From Camelus ferus (taxonomy: Eukaryota), in NCBI RefSeq assembly GCF_009834535.1, contig NC_045696.1:68760001-68824000 (forward strand): a stretch of DNA of 64,000 nucleotides. The letters run 5' to 3'. Numbering within the stretch: the first letter of the stretch is position 1; every line of letters begins with the position of its first letter. Positions 26,001-38,660 of the stretch are shown in pieces. Position numbers and translations under genes: made by a program. The notes beneath the pieces were generated by a model. It saw only the letters and a list, made by a program, of their open reading frames with translations, made no database searches and was not told the origin of the DNA.

Positions 26001-27103
26001 GAAGACCCTCTGCCCATGGGCCAAAGGCGTTTGGCTGCAGGAGGCTGGTGGTACATGTGCATGCTCGGGGTACAACTTGGTGGAACGAAGTTTGATCAGA
26101 CCCTTCTTCTTCTCTTGAAGGTACTACTGGGTTCCTGGGTGCAATGATGGGTGGCTCAGAACAGAGCCCATGCATCATTGCTTGTAGATTATGCCACCCC
26201 ACCTTTCCCTAACATTGGATGCCCAGGGCATCCCTTCACAGTATGAGTTCTTTAGGCTGGAGAAGAAAAGGTTAGTGGGCCCATGACCATGGTCTTCATA
26301 TGTAATGAGGCACTGTTGGGTACAGGATAAGACGTTGATCTTAGAATCTAGTTAAGTCCCTACTACTCAACTTAACAGTCACGTGACCTTGGGCTAATCA
26401 TTTAACCTCTGGGAGAGTTTTACTCGCCTGTAAAATGGGGGTAGTCAGGGCAAATGAAATAAAAATCAAAGGAATTTGAAATTTGAAGGATCCTTGGAGA
26501 TCGTCTTGACCAGCTGTCTCGTTTAGCAAATCAAAAATTGAGATCCAGAAAAGGAAATTTGCTTACCCAGAATCACACAGGACAGAGGAGAGCAGTCAAG
26601 TCAAGGCCCCAGGTGTCTTAGGCCGAGTCCAGAGTTTGTTGTAACCTGCTAGACAGTCTTTTCATTTCCTTCCATCTCTCAAAGCTGATAGCCTATGGTT
26701 TTCAGAAGTTTTCTAAGTGCCCACAGAGTGGACCACTTCTGGGTTCTGAGATGTCTTTCTAGGGAAGATAGGCAAAGTGACCACTGCTAGATATAGGTCT
26801 GGCTAAAGATGGTCCATGCACAAGTGATCTTGGCTGCAATGGTTCAGGATGGTGAAGGCCCACATATAAAATGATCTGGTCCATAGATGTCCTTGGCTAC
26901 AGATCTACAGATGGGCCAGACTAGAAAGACTTAGGCCAAAGATGACCCCTCAGAGCTTTCCCAGGCTAGCATGGCCCCGTGGTGTAGAGTAGGGTCTGTG
27001 GTGGCATAATCTACAGTGGATGGATGTGAATTACTTTCAGTGGCTCTTTTCACCTGGCTGAGCTGACCAGTCTCTGTCTCCTATTCCTGCTCCCTCCTTA
27101 CAG

Positions 27104-27987
27104 TGTGTGGTCAGCCCTCCCGCTCCCTGCCAAATCTGGTCAAGCGGATCATCGGAGGTCGGAACGCCGAGCCCGGCCTCTTCCCCTGGCAGGCCCTGAT
27201 CGTGGTGGAGGACACCTCAAGGGTACCAAACGACAAGTGGTTTGGGAGCGGGGCCCTGCTCTCTGAGTCCTGGATCCTCACAGCAGCCCACGTGCTGCGC
27301 TCCCAGCGCAGAGACAACACGGTGACACCAGTCTCCAAGGACCACGTCACTGTCTACCTGGGCCTGCATGACGTGCGGGACAAATCGGGGGCTGTCAACA
27401 GCTCAGCTGCCCGAGTGGTGCTCCACCCAGACTTCGACATCCAGAACTACAACCACGACATTGCTCTGGTGCAGCTGCGGGAGCCTGTGCCCCTGGGGCC
27501 CCACGTCATGCCCATCTGCCTGCCACGACCCGAGCCCGAAGGCCCGGCGCCCCATGTACTGGGCCTGGTAGCTGGCTGGGGCATCTCCAATCCTAACGTG
27601 ACGGTGGACGAGATCATCAGCAGCGGCACGCGGACCTTGTCGGACGTGCTACAGTACGTCAAGTTGCCCGTGGTGCCGCACGCCGAGTGCAAGACCAGCT
27701 ATGAGTCCCGGTCAGGCAACTACAGTGTCACAGAGAACATGTTCTGCGCCGGCTACTACGAGGGCGGCAAGGACACATGTCTGGGGGACAGCGGTGGGGC
27801 CTTTGTCATCCTCGACGACTCTAGCAAGCACTGGGTGGCCCAAGGCCTGGTGTCCTGGGGGGGCCCCGAAGAATGTGGCAGCAAGCAGGTGTATGGGGTC
27901 TACACTAAGGTCTCCAACTACGTGGACTGGGTGTGGGAGCAGATGGGCACCCCGCAGGGTGTCGGGGAGCTCCAGGTGGAACGGTGA
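27104..27987 (+). CDS. MASP1: MASP1 exon 12, MASP-3 linker and complete serine protease domain
   Basis: cag|TG acceptor; VKR/IIGG activation site, TAAH (His 27289-27291), NHDIAL, GDSGG (Ser AGC 27790-27792), TGA at 27985-27987. Confidence 0.98.
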
Positions 27988-29542
27988 GCTGCCTGACTTC
28001 CTCAGGGCCGCCTGTCCTGCCCAACCCAAGCAAGGCTGCACCACACACTCCCGAAAGCACCCTCCTTGTTACTCAGCAGACCAAATGGGACAGAACACAC
28101 TGCTCCCACCTTCCCAAGGCAGCCCCCAGGACTCCAAGAGGCAGCAGTGTGATACAGGAAAAAGGTTCTACACAGGAGACCTAGGTCCCGGTCCTGGGCG
28201 AGTCCCTTCCCCTCTCCCAGCCTCACTCTCCCTGTAGAACAGCGAGGAGCTAGGCTGGGGGCAGTCCCACCACTCCTCTCTAGAGTGCTTACCCCAGGGA
28301 CCTCGTTCACTCCATTCACTTGTCAGACTCCTTGGCCCCACGGTGGGTGTAACTGAGCTTGGACCTGACTGTTAGAGAATGTCTCCTTGCCTTGAGCTGA
28401 AGTCCGAGACCATGTATTTTCCCAGCTCTGGCTTCTGGGCACAGTCTAATCCCTTTTCTGGCAGAGAGCCGCTCAGGTCTGGGGAGACAGGGGTTGCACC
28501 CCCAGAAGCCTTGCAGGACTTTCATCCCTGGGGTTCTTCTCCCCACGGCTCCTTGCAGTCCAAGCCTTATCTCTTATATTCCCTGTTAAAGGAATTTCAA
28601 AGGACAAGGAGAAAGCTGGGAAGCCCTGTGGTGACTGTAGGGAGAAGAGCAGTGGGAGGCTCCCCCACCCCGTTAAATTCCTGCCGTCAACTCAGAACCA
28701 CCTTTTGGGCACATACGTCACTCTCAAATACCAGCTGACAAAATGGGGCGTCCACACCTGACACTCCAGACAAGCACAGAGCAACCTTCCAGCCTTGAAA
28801 TGTAGCATCTGAAAGACCACCTCAGCCCCAGCCCCAGGCATGGAGACTGAACTGGATCACTTGGAGAAAGAGAAGGCCCATGCTGTGCCCCGCCGTGCTT
28901 CTGGGCAGGGAAACAGAACAAAGGCGGGCTCCGGATGTAGGAGTGGCCCAATCCCACCGCACTGCCCAGCGTGCCTGAATCTGGGCTTTCCAGAGAGTGC
29001 ACCCAGGATGGACGTGCAGAGGGATCCACTTCTCTGGTTTCCAGGGGCCAGAGTCAAGGGAAGCCGAGACTTGCCCATGAAAGGCAATGAGAAGACACAG
29101 AGAGACAAGAGTCCTGGGTTCTAGCCACAGCTCTTTCCCCAGCTGGCTGTGTAACCTTTGACAAATCAGTTTCCCTCTCTGGGCTTCAGTTTCCCCATCT
29201 GTCAAAGGATCCCCTCAGGATCCTTCCAGCTCCAGTGTTCAGCTCTTCCGTTGCCAGCAGCCTCTCCCTGGACCTCAGACAGGGCTAATCGTCCTCCTCC
29301 CGGAGCTCTCTCTTCAGGGGACTCTCCATCAGAGAAAGGCAGCCAGAGAAAGCCCTGAGAGGAATTCCAAGAGAACAATTGGGAAGCATCCACTTTTCCA
29401 ACCGGGTCCTGAAAGCACACTCCTATGTCTATGAACAGTGCATGTAGATGATGCTATATTTTGTATGTTTTATATCACAAGCTTCACTCCTCTGTAAGGT
29501 GCCTCTGCACTCCGGTTCTCCTGTCCAGGGGACTAAAGTGGA

Positions 29543-29548
29543 AATAAA
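29543..29548 (+). terminator. MASP1: MASP-3 polyadenylation signal AATAAA
   Basis: About 1.55 kb after the stop, followed by a strong GT/T-rich element (tgtgttttggtgtctggttatttttgatgtttgtttg). Confidence 0.8.
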
Positions 29549-30779
29549 CCTTCAGTGGATAACCAACAGCCTGTGTTTTGGTGTCTGGTTATTTTTGATG
29601 TTTGTTTGCTTTGACCTTTTGAAGAAAATCTGGACCCTCATTAAGCCCAAATCTCTCCCATTGCAGAAATAGTACAATTTTTGTCACCTGGACATCATCC
29701 AAGAAAGGGTGATGAGGAGTGGAGTGGTTATGGGCGTGTGTCCTCTTCGAGGCTGCCCATTCCGTCATGGAAGTGCCAGCCATTTAAGCCCTTGACTCCA
29801 GAGAGCTCAAACTAGCATGCAATGCAAGGTCATGGGCATCTAGGTCTCACACAGGCAAAGAGAGCTCAACGTCGTCAGAGTGGAGATGGCAGTATGATGG
29901 GACCTTGAGGACAGAGAGGTTCATACAGATGAAGGGGATCTGGGTAGCTCTGCAGAGAGGTTGCAAAGAACGCCCCGGGAGATGGGAGGGGAGGGGCAGA
30001 GGGGACAGCGATCAAGCAGGAAAGTGTACCCTGAGTAGAGTGGGAGCAGTGGGGATGAGGGAGAGTGGGCAGTCTTGAAGGTCATCCTCTATTTGTGCTC
30101 CTTCCTATAACCAGTAATTCTCTAATTTGGGGCATATCGGAATCACCTGGGGTGTTTAAAAATGCAGATTCCTGGGTCTCACCCATGGGAAATTCTGAAT
30201 CAGCAGGCCTGAGGGTGGGCAGCTTACTGTGGAAAGTGAAGGGCTTAGAGGGACGGAACTGAGCTAGAGAGAGCGGCCAGGAAATTACTGCAACCATTCT
30301 GGACAGAGGTGGTGAAGACCCACCAGACCTAGGACATGACAGTGCAGATGTGGGGGTGGGGAAGTTTGAAAACATGTAAGTGTATTCAGCAGGGTTTGAT
30401 GTAGTGGCATCGTGTGAAATAGTGCAGACACAGAGGTGTGGGGTGACACAAACTAACGTGTTAGTGACGGCTCCCCATGGGATGTGCTCTTGGTTTGCCT
30501 TTGTTTGAGGTTTTTATTGAAATGAAAATGTCATGGTTTTTACACTCTTGAGAACTAAGGAAATCCTGCATTATGCTTTATACTTCATATGTAGCTGGTT
30601 TCAAAGATTATCATGTCTTGTGTTCTGTTACATTTCAGATTTTTACTTTCTTCTAGATATTTGGATTTTATGTTGTGACATACTGAGACACTGAGGCGTC
30701 ATGAGGTTGCATGGAGAGCACATTATGACATGGAGGGGAGCAGACACATTACTTTCTGCTGCTTCTGGTGATTTTTTAC

Positions 30780-31250
30780 CAGTTTAGTGGCTGATTGGAT
30801 ATGGGAGTTGAAGAAAGAGGAGGCAATAAGGATGCGTTCTGTACAGACATTAACAGACATCTGGAATAATGAAGGGAAGAAGGTTGGTGGAGGGTGGAGA
30901 CCAGGGCTTGGTTTTGCTGTCTTTGAAGAGTTCACGAGTAATCCAGCTGGAGGCGGAAGGAAGGACTGCTTCAGAGGAGAGAACAAGTCAGAAACACTAA
31001 TCTGAAATTCATCAGGGTCTAAGTGTATGATGGCACAGGAGGAGATGGCATTTTGCAGAAAAGGAAAGGGAGCTGAGGACTGAACAAGGGGAACACCAAC
31101 ATGGAAAGCATGGAGAGAAGAAGAGAAACCCCAAGAAAGAGAGAAAAAAGAGGAATCGGAAACACAGGAAGGGAAGCGCTTCAGAAGCCAAGGAGGGAAA
31201 GTGTCAAGAGGGATGAAGTTGTCAGCAGTGCAAATGACCCAAGGTGGTCC
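30780..31250 (+). mobile_element. LINE-2 fragment
   Basis: Purine-rich L2 sense motifs (gagctgaggactgaac, ggaacaccaacat, agaagccaagg, cagcagtgcaaatg). Confidence 0.55.
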
Positions 31251-31354
31251 AGAGGACACCTCCAGCCTGGACTTCCTTGGGCGCAGGGACTCGGTCTCTA
31301 CTGTCAACTTTGAGATAAGATCCAAAGAGTAGGCCTGCGTTCATGTTGAAGTCC

Positions 31355-31570
31355 CTAACCCCCTCTCCCTCTTCCTTCATACTCCTTGTCCTTAATCTTC
31401 CTCCTCCTCCAGCTTTTCCTCCTCCTTTACCTCTTCCTACTGCTCCTCCTTTATTTTTCCCACTTCTCTCTCTCTCCCCCTCCCTGTCTCTCTCTCTTCC
31501 CCACCATCTGCCCCCCACTCTCCCTCACCCTCCCTTCTTTTCTCTGTTCCTCTCTCTACCCTTCTCCTAG
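31355..31570. repeat. CT-rich low-complexity tract
   Basis: About 215 bp that is nearly all pyrimidine on the + strand. Confidence 0.85.
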
Positions 31571-32929
31571 GTTTTATGTCTTTCCTGAGGCAGCACACTG
31601 CTCTTACAGCCTCCTTTCTCTATGGCTTATATGCTCAGCTCCCTGGGTTTTGCTTCCTTGAAACCTACAAATCTTTTCTTCTTACCATAGAGCCTGACTC
31701 TTCCAATGAAAAGTGTATTTCCAGACTTTGTCTTCTGCTTTGCTCTTTCAAAAGTCAAAGCTGTATCTAGCCTCATCTGAAACAATGGATGCTCCAGCTT
31801 TAATAGTGGGTGACCACAAGGCAAGGAGAATTCCTAGAGATGAAGAATGTATGAGATGAGATTTCAGAACTGGTATCTTCCTGTACATGTAAATATAACC
31901 ATCGAAGTTCCATTTGTGGGCCCAGAGCCATCCTATCTCCATCTGTGATTATGGCTCTATTAAATATTCAAGCGGCCACGTTATTTCCAAGTCTGTGCAG
32001 CGCATGGCACTTTCTTCTTTTGAATCCATCTCCAAAGGACAGGGAATAATGTGGGTATTGATTGTCAACTTCTCTTTCCAAAATCTTGACTATGGAAGAG
32101 AGGAGAGGGAAAGATTGTGGAGTGAATGAGAAGCAGGGAAAGTGGAGATTTGATTTTAAGGATGAGAAGTCTTGACCATGTTTTGGAGGCATAAACAAAG
32201 GAGAGTTGCAATATGGAGGAGAGGGTAAGAATCTCCAAAGCCAGATCCCCATGAATTTGGAAATGAGGAGATCGATAACCCAGAATTAGTTCTGAAGAGA
32301 AGAAAGTTCACAGAAGGAGCAAATGGAGAGGAGGATGGGTGGGGGAGTTCCCACCCCATGGGCTCTGAGTATCTGAGGGAATGGGGACAGGATATTAACT
32401 TGAGGCAGCTGGCTGAGGGCACTGGAATGATGATGCTGGGAGATGCTGGAGATTCAGTCAAGGTTGCAAACCATTCATCTATGATTTTCCCCAGCCCCAT
32501 TCAGCAGCCTGGTGATAGCCCCAAAGAAGGCAAATGACTGCCTGGATCCAGGAGCTTGGGGTATGAGTGCTCTGGGAGTCATGTAGCGAGAGTTAGTGGT
32601 GCTGGCCAGAGTTGGGAAAGCCCAGAGTAGAAATCAGGAGTCCTAGAGTTAAGAGTGTTGCCACTAACTTATGGAGTAACTTTTGGGAAGTCAGTTCTCT
32701 TCTCTAGGCCTCAGCTTCTTTAACTGCTTGATGAGAGAGACAGACTAGATGGTCCCCAAGGGCTGTTTACCTGTAAGGTCCTATGTGTCTGTGTCTACGA
32801 ATCCAAGCCAGTGGAAGCAGAGTATGGAGCAGTCAGACACTTGTTGTGGGGATCTTCAATCTCCCCCACCCCCAGGTCATGAGGAAGAGCTTCTCCAGGG
32901 AGGAAAGATCCCTGTGGATAGAGAATGAA

Positions 32930-33520
32930 AATTCTTTATTAGTCAGGACTCTTCCATTTATCTGTCAGAAACCCAACATAAACAGCTTAAGGGGAAAAAA
33001 AGAGAGAATTACAGATTCACATAGCTGAAAAGTCCATACCAAAAGGCTTCAGGTGTGGTTAGATCAAGGGGCTCAAAAATCAGGATACAGCTCAAAAATC
33101 AGGATGCAGTCTATCTCTTGCTTCACTCCTTATCTTCTATTTCCACTTTTTTTTTTTCTGTTAGTAGTATTTTTCTCAGCAAACTTTCCATGAAGTGATC
33201 ATTGGCAGATCTGGGCATATAGCCAGCAGTTTGACTCCTCCAGAAGAGAAAGACCTTCTAGCAAAATTCCCAAGGCAGACTTTCACTGGCCTGGCAGGGT
33301 TACATTCCCATCTCTGTGCAATCACTGTGACCAGAGTAAAAGAGGCTTTCATTAGGTCTGGGTCACATTCCTACCCCTAGAACCAGAGGTAAGATCACTG
33401 CAACTCAGGCTATATGGACTAGAAATGGGGGAAGAGCGGACCCCAGAGGAAAATTGGGGTGCTGCTACTAAAAGGGGCAATGGGTGCTGGGAGATCAAAA
33501 ATGACAGATGTTCCTAACAG
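32930..33520. mobile_element. Old MaLR LTR (MLT1-like)
   Basis: tattagtcaggactct...cagaaacccaac...cagcttaag start and gggtgctgctactaaaaggggcaatgggtgctggg end; internal 19-bp tandem duplication at 33071-33108. Confidence 0.6.
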
Positions 33521-33599
33521 AGGGTGATGACCTGGCAGCTCTGGCAAAGGGCAAGATGGAGCCCAGAGTGTGATCTGTCCCTCCCTCCCTTGGCTACAG

Positions 33600-33737
33600 T
33601 ATGTGGGATTCCCAAGTTCTCCCGGAATCTGATGGCCAGGATCTTCAGTGGACGCCCAGCCCAGAAGGGCACCAACCCCTGGATTGCTATGCTGTCACAC
33701 CTGGATGGGCAGCCCTTCTGCGGGGGCGCCCTTGTAG
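33600..33737 (+). CDS. MASP1: MASP1 exon 13, MASP-1 linker and activation site (VCGIPKFSRNLMAR/IFSGRPAQKG...FCGGALV)
   Basis: cag|TA acceptor, G|gtaagg donor, 138 bp. Confidence 0.96.
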
Positions 33738-34859
33738 GTAAGGAGAAGGTGGAAGGGGTGGGGGACCCAGGGTTAGAGGGAGAGAGTAGGGTGGAAAGAA
33801 AGGGACTCTACCCACTTCCTGGAGACTGACAAGGTTTCTTCACTGAGAATCTTGCACACTAGTAGCAGGGTCCAGAGGTACAATGTGGTAGAAAGAGCCC
33901 TTAACTGGAGCCAGGGGATGTGTGTTCTGATCTGGCCGGCTCCTTCTGTCAGCAGCACCTTCTGAGCCCTGGGCAGTCTCTGGCACTGAAAGGGGTTAGG
34001 GAATCCGACCCTCAAACATGGATCCCAACACAAGGCACCTACATGTGACTCACAGTCAAGGTGTGCCAGTGCTGTGGGACCAGAAAGAACCAGAAAACCC
34101 ACCCTCCAAGAGTCGGAGAAGGGAGTTTACAAAGGCCTTGAATGCCATGCTTGGGAATTTAGATTTTATCCTGAACATTGCTGCAGGTTTTATAAGCATC
34201 TTCTGGGAAGTTCTCACCTGAGACAGCAGGGATTGAAAAAAGGGTGACTCTGGAAGCCAAGAGTCCTGTGAGGTGTCTATGGCAATAGTAGGGAGGGAAG
34301 GCATTAACTTCAGAATAAGGACAGAGGATAAGGGATAGACACGAGGCAGATTGAAAACCACCGGGAAATAGTCTTGTCAGAATTTTGTGATGGACTGAAT
34401 GTGGTTGGGAGTGGGAATGAAAGCAAGAAAGAAATGGTTTATGGCTTTTCCTGCCACAGTTTGGTCCAGATGATCTAAGGTCCATCCCAGCTCTGACATA
34501 ATAAAAATTAATAACAATCTCGAGGCTCTCTGACCCCATCACAAGAGGAAGAAGGCAAGGATGGGTCCACCTCTGCCGGGGCAGCTCCAGGGCTGCCAGC
34601 CTCGCCTCACCCTGACCCACCGTCCTCCTGGGTGCATTCAGGTCAGGACAGCTCCCCGGCAGGGATCCCTGAGAAGGGGTACCAGGCCTGCTGAGGGCTG
34701 CGGTCCAGACATCCCAGGACATGTGAAATGGTAACCCAGCAGAGGGGTTGATCCTTTTATTTCCACAACCACAAAGATGAGCTGTCTCACTCTATGGAAC
34801 CGCACAGAGAGTGAGGACAAGTTAAAGGGGAGCCTGTGGGGAGCGGGCAGGGGAGAGGA

Positions 34860-35019
34860 CCACAACAAGAAGGGAGGAAGAGGCAGAGACAGGGTCAGAA
34901 GGATGAAGATAGAGAGACAGAAAGGACAGAGAGAAAACTAGAGAAGTGAAGAGAGATTAAGGGGAAAATAAAAGGAAACAAATACAAGAGGAAGAGAGGC
35001 TGGTAGGTCACAGACACCG

Positions 35020-35055
<36 letters not shown>

Positions 35056-35165
35056 ATCAGGAAAGGTAAAGAATCAGGGAGGACCCAGAAAAGAATAAAG
35101 TGTCAAAAGAAAAGCAGAGAGGCAACGGGGAGGAGCAGACAGGGAGAGTGCAAGAGAGCGAAGAC
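34860..35165. repeat. GA-rich tract with (GA)n microsatellite near 35020-35055
   Basis: Purine-dominated stretch seen directly. Confidence 0.85.
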
Positions 35166-36196
35166 ATTTCCAATTTTGTTAGAATGTGAGAAAAGAGATG
35201 GAATTAATTAAGAATTAGTTTTCTGAAGACTTTGAGTGTTTAAGTTCAATAAGCTTCAGTGCTTCATTGTATCTCCTACATGTTTATTCCCTGTACGTAC
35301 GTTTTGAAAGGTGTCTGAAGTCTACTTCTCTACCCTCAGCCAAAGGTTTCACCCCACCTCACCTCCCCACCCCTCAATATAGCTCTCCTCATCTAGAATC
35401 TCTCTCCTCCTCCAGTCATTCAGTTTTGTAGATGGAGGGAAGTGGGAAGAGGGCAGAGGAAGCTGGGAAGGAGCTTAGGGACAGACAGTGAAAGTGCCCA
35501 TTCAGTGCTCACCCTGAAGCCTGGGCAGGGGTTTCCCGGCTCAGGGACTCAGAGTTTGCAGAGCTGGGAAGCAAAGCCAGGTCTTCAGACTCACCATTGC
35601 ACACCCTAGTTTCATCTCAATGGCCCAGAGCCCTGATCTGAGGTAGGCTTCCTAATCTGGGGATCTCGTCCCACTTTATTCACTTGGAAAATTTGGCCAA
35701 CAGCCCCTGAGTATGAACAGAGATCAAAATACCACCAGGGAAAGAAGGTGGCGTGTGTGGAGCTCTATCCAGAACCCAGTAACCGGAGTTCACAGCTGCT
35801 CCTGAGAGGGCCAAGTGAATCCTGGAACTTGCAACAGAAAGGGACCTCTACCCTGGACTCTGAACCTGCCCCGATACCCCCACCCCAAAGCCCTGGTGCC
35901 CTTCTTTCTGCTTTGCTCATCCCAGTATATCTCTGGGCTCAGCTATTTATGGGTTTGTCATCTGCTCCACCATGAAGATGAATTGAGGCCTGACTGTATA
36001 TTAAGCAAAAGGCAGGAACCTGTCCATCAAGGGAAAGAGATAGCCAGGACACAAGAGATGTGCTAGGGTGACTGAGCATCAGGAGACCCAGGGTCTAGCC
36101 CTGGCTCAGCCACCAACCGGCAGGTTGGCCCTAGACATCCCTGCTCTCCTCCAGGCCTCAGAATCCATATCAGTGAAATGAGAGTTTTGGCTCAGA

Positions 36197-36580
36197 ACAG
36201 TGGTTCTCAGCCCTGGTGACAGTAGAATCATCTGGGGGAAACTTCTAAAATGTATTTGTACCTGGGCCCCACCCCCATGATTTAGATGATCTGGATTTAG
36301 GCTCAGGCACTGTTTTTTGGGTTTGTTTGTTTGTTTTTCATTCCCCAAGTGATTCTAAATGTGTACCCAAAGTTGAGAAGCACCACGCAGAACAGTGCTT
36401 TTCAAACTTTAATATGCACAGGAATTACTTGGGGATCCATTAAAATCCTCAGATGTTACTACTGAATGCAGATTCTGATTCAGTAGATCTGAGGTGGGAC
36501 CTGAGAGTCTGCATTTCTAAAATCTCCCAGGTGAGGCTGACGCTGCTGGCTGAGAGACCACACCTTGAGTAGCAAGGCCT
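36197..36580. mobile_element. Two adjacent MER5-like hAT-Charlie elements
   Basis: cagtggttctcagccc...gttgagaagcacc, then cagtgcttttcaaactt...gcagattctgattcagtag...caccttgagtagc. Confidence 0.7.
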
Positions 36581-36892
36581 GAGGGGCAACTAGTGAGCAC
36601 AAGGTTTTCTGTGGATACCCTGGGCCATTTGGAGTTCACCAACCCCATGGGTTTAAGGAGCCCTGAAATCATCATTGAAACACTCAGGCTTGGCCTGGGT
36701 TGGAATAGGCAAATGAGATCATAGAATAAACTCTTCAATTCAGATTAGGATCATGAGTTTCTGACCTGGGGCTGTGAAATGCAAGGGAGGCGGTGTCAAT
36801 GGAGAGAAGTGGTCTGAAGGCCCTCAGCATGAGGCAGTGGAAGGCAGGGCAGGGCCAGGCAGGACGGTGTGTGTGTGCAATTCTGTTCTCAG

Positions 36893-37006
36893 GCTCCAAG
36901 TGGATTGTGACCGCAGCTCACTGCCTTCACCAGCCACTGGATCCAGAAGACCCAATCCTACATGACTCAGCCTTGTTCAGCCCCTCTGCCTTCAAAATCA
37001 TCATGG
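36893..37006 (+). CDS. MASP1: MASP1 exon 14, MASP-1 protease with catalytic His and long 60-loop (SKWIVTAAHCLHQPLDPEDPILHDSALFSPSAFKIIM)
   Basis: cag|GC acceptor, G|gtgagt donor, 114 bp. Confidence 0.96.
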
Positions 37007-37873
37007 GTGAGTGAGGAGCAAGCTGATTCCTGAAGCCACCTGTGGTTTGGGGTATGGGGCATGTCTACTCAGTCATCAGGGATGGTGACTAGTAGGATGA
37101 AAAATGAGCCAAGACTGGAGTCCAGGGACCTGAGTCCAAGTCCAAGGCTGCGATTCTCAGGCGGTGGGACCATGAGAAAGGCCTCTTTGAAGTCGAGGCC
37201 TCAGCTTTTATAATAGACCCCCATCAAGATAATTTCCAAAGATGCTTCAGACTTCTATGAATCTGTGGTTTCAAGTGAATCATACACAAACAATCCAAGC
37301 TTCCCCTCTCCTTTGTAAAATCAGGACCACCAGTGGATTCAGTTCTATTCATCACATACTTAACATCCTGACACTATGCCAGAATCTGAAGATGCAAGTT
37401 CCTGCCCACTAGGAGCCTACAGTCTAATAGAGGAATAAAATATGAGCACAGAGACCTCTCATATAAAACAGGAAGCAGTGAGCTATAGGAGAGGAACAGA
37501 TAAAGTGCCAGGAGTTCACAGAGAAGAGACTTGTGACTGAAGAATCTAACTCAAGGATCTAAGAGGTTTCATGGCAGAATAACACATGACCCAGGCAAGG
37601 AAGGGTGACTGTATGGTTTGGACAAGTGGCAGAGGGCATTGAGTGAGTATTATAAGGTAATTGGATCAGATCATGAAGAAAGACAGAGTTCAGAGCCCAG
37701 GAGAATATGTGGGGAAGGGCAGGTAAGGTGGGATGACTTGGAAAAAGTAGAGGAAGGGCAGTATAAGGCTAGAAGCATGGGCTGGATGGAACAGGGGCTG
37801 GCGGGGAACAAGGCATGACCTTGTCCTCACGGTCCCATTGCTCTCATGCCTCATGTGCCTTCTTCTTGCCCAG

Positions 37874-38059
37874 GCAAGCACTGGAGGCGCAAATCAGATG
37901 AAAATGAACAGAGACTCAGCGTCAAAAACATCTTCCTCCATCCTCTGTATAACTCCGGCACGTTTGAGAATGATGTGGCTCTGGTGGAACTGTCAAAGAG
38001 CCCGGTGCTGAATGACTTCGTAATGCCCATCTGTCTTCCCTGGGGGCCACCGCAGGAAG
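37874..38059 (+). CDS. MASP1: MASP1 exon 15, MASP-1 protease with catalytic Asp (KHWRRKSDENEQ...FENDVALVEL...PICLPWGPPQE)
   Basis: cag|GC acceptor, G|gtaccc donor, 186 bp. Confidence 0.96.
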
Positions 38060-38267
38060 GTACCCCTCCCCACCCATGATCCCCCTTCTGCAGAGCCCCT
38101 GGTGTCTCCACTGGACTTCTCCAGCATTGGTCTGGCTCTATTGCCAACTGAGTCAGCTGACAATGTTGGCGTGATTCCTCAGCTCCCTCCCCTAAAACAG
38201 CTAAGTCAGAACTGGTTCCAAGGCAGCACAAGTAAACAGGCAGGCTTGTTCAGTACTGTAAGAATTT

Positions 38268-38660
38268 TGTCAGCCAGGGTCCGGGTGGGAAAACAGAAAC
38301 AGACTAGTTATTGTAACAGAGAGAATTTGACATAGGGTATTGGAGGACTGAAGAAGTAAAAGAGGAATGCTGAGACAGCAGAGATAGCACCTGCAGGAAG
38401 AAACCACCACTCCTGGGGCTGGGGGAACAAAGGGAAGAGGCTGGAGTTACAGAACCTGGGAAGTTTGGACACCACTGTTGGGGTGAGGATCCCCTGCTAG
38501 GGTGATGCCAACAGTAACTGTAAGTCTTCCTGGAAGCACCCCCTATTTTCAGGCCTCCTGACAAAGCAGATCTGCCATTTCAGGGTCTCATCCACAGCAT
38601 CACAAAGCAGAGGATAGAAGGGTAAATTTGGAGCTGAGGGACAACAGCTTAATCCCCAGC
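38268..38660. mobile_element. ERVL-class LTR relic
   Basis: tgtcagccagggtcc...aaacagaaacagactagttatt start and gagggacaacagcttaat end; family uncertain. Confidence 0.45.

Noticed and set aside
27701..28237. 178-aa alternative-frame ORF over the MASP-3 exon end
   Set aside because: GC-rich shadow frame with no recognisable motif or independent splice signals.
30723..31325. 200-aa ORF on -
   Set aside because: Antisense reading of a degraded L2; no coding signature.
33071..33108. 19-bp tandem duplication
   Set aside because: Ordinary slippage event inside an LTR relic.
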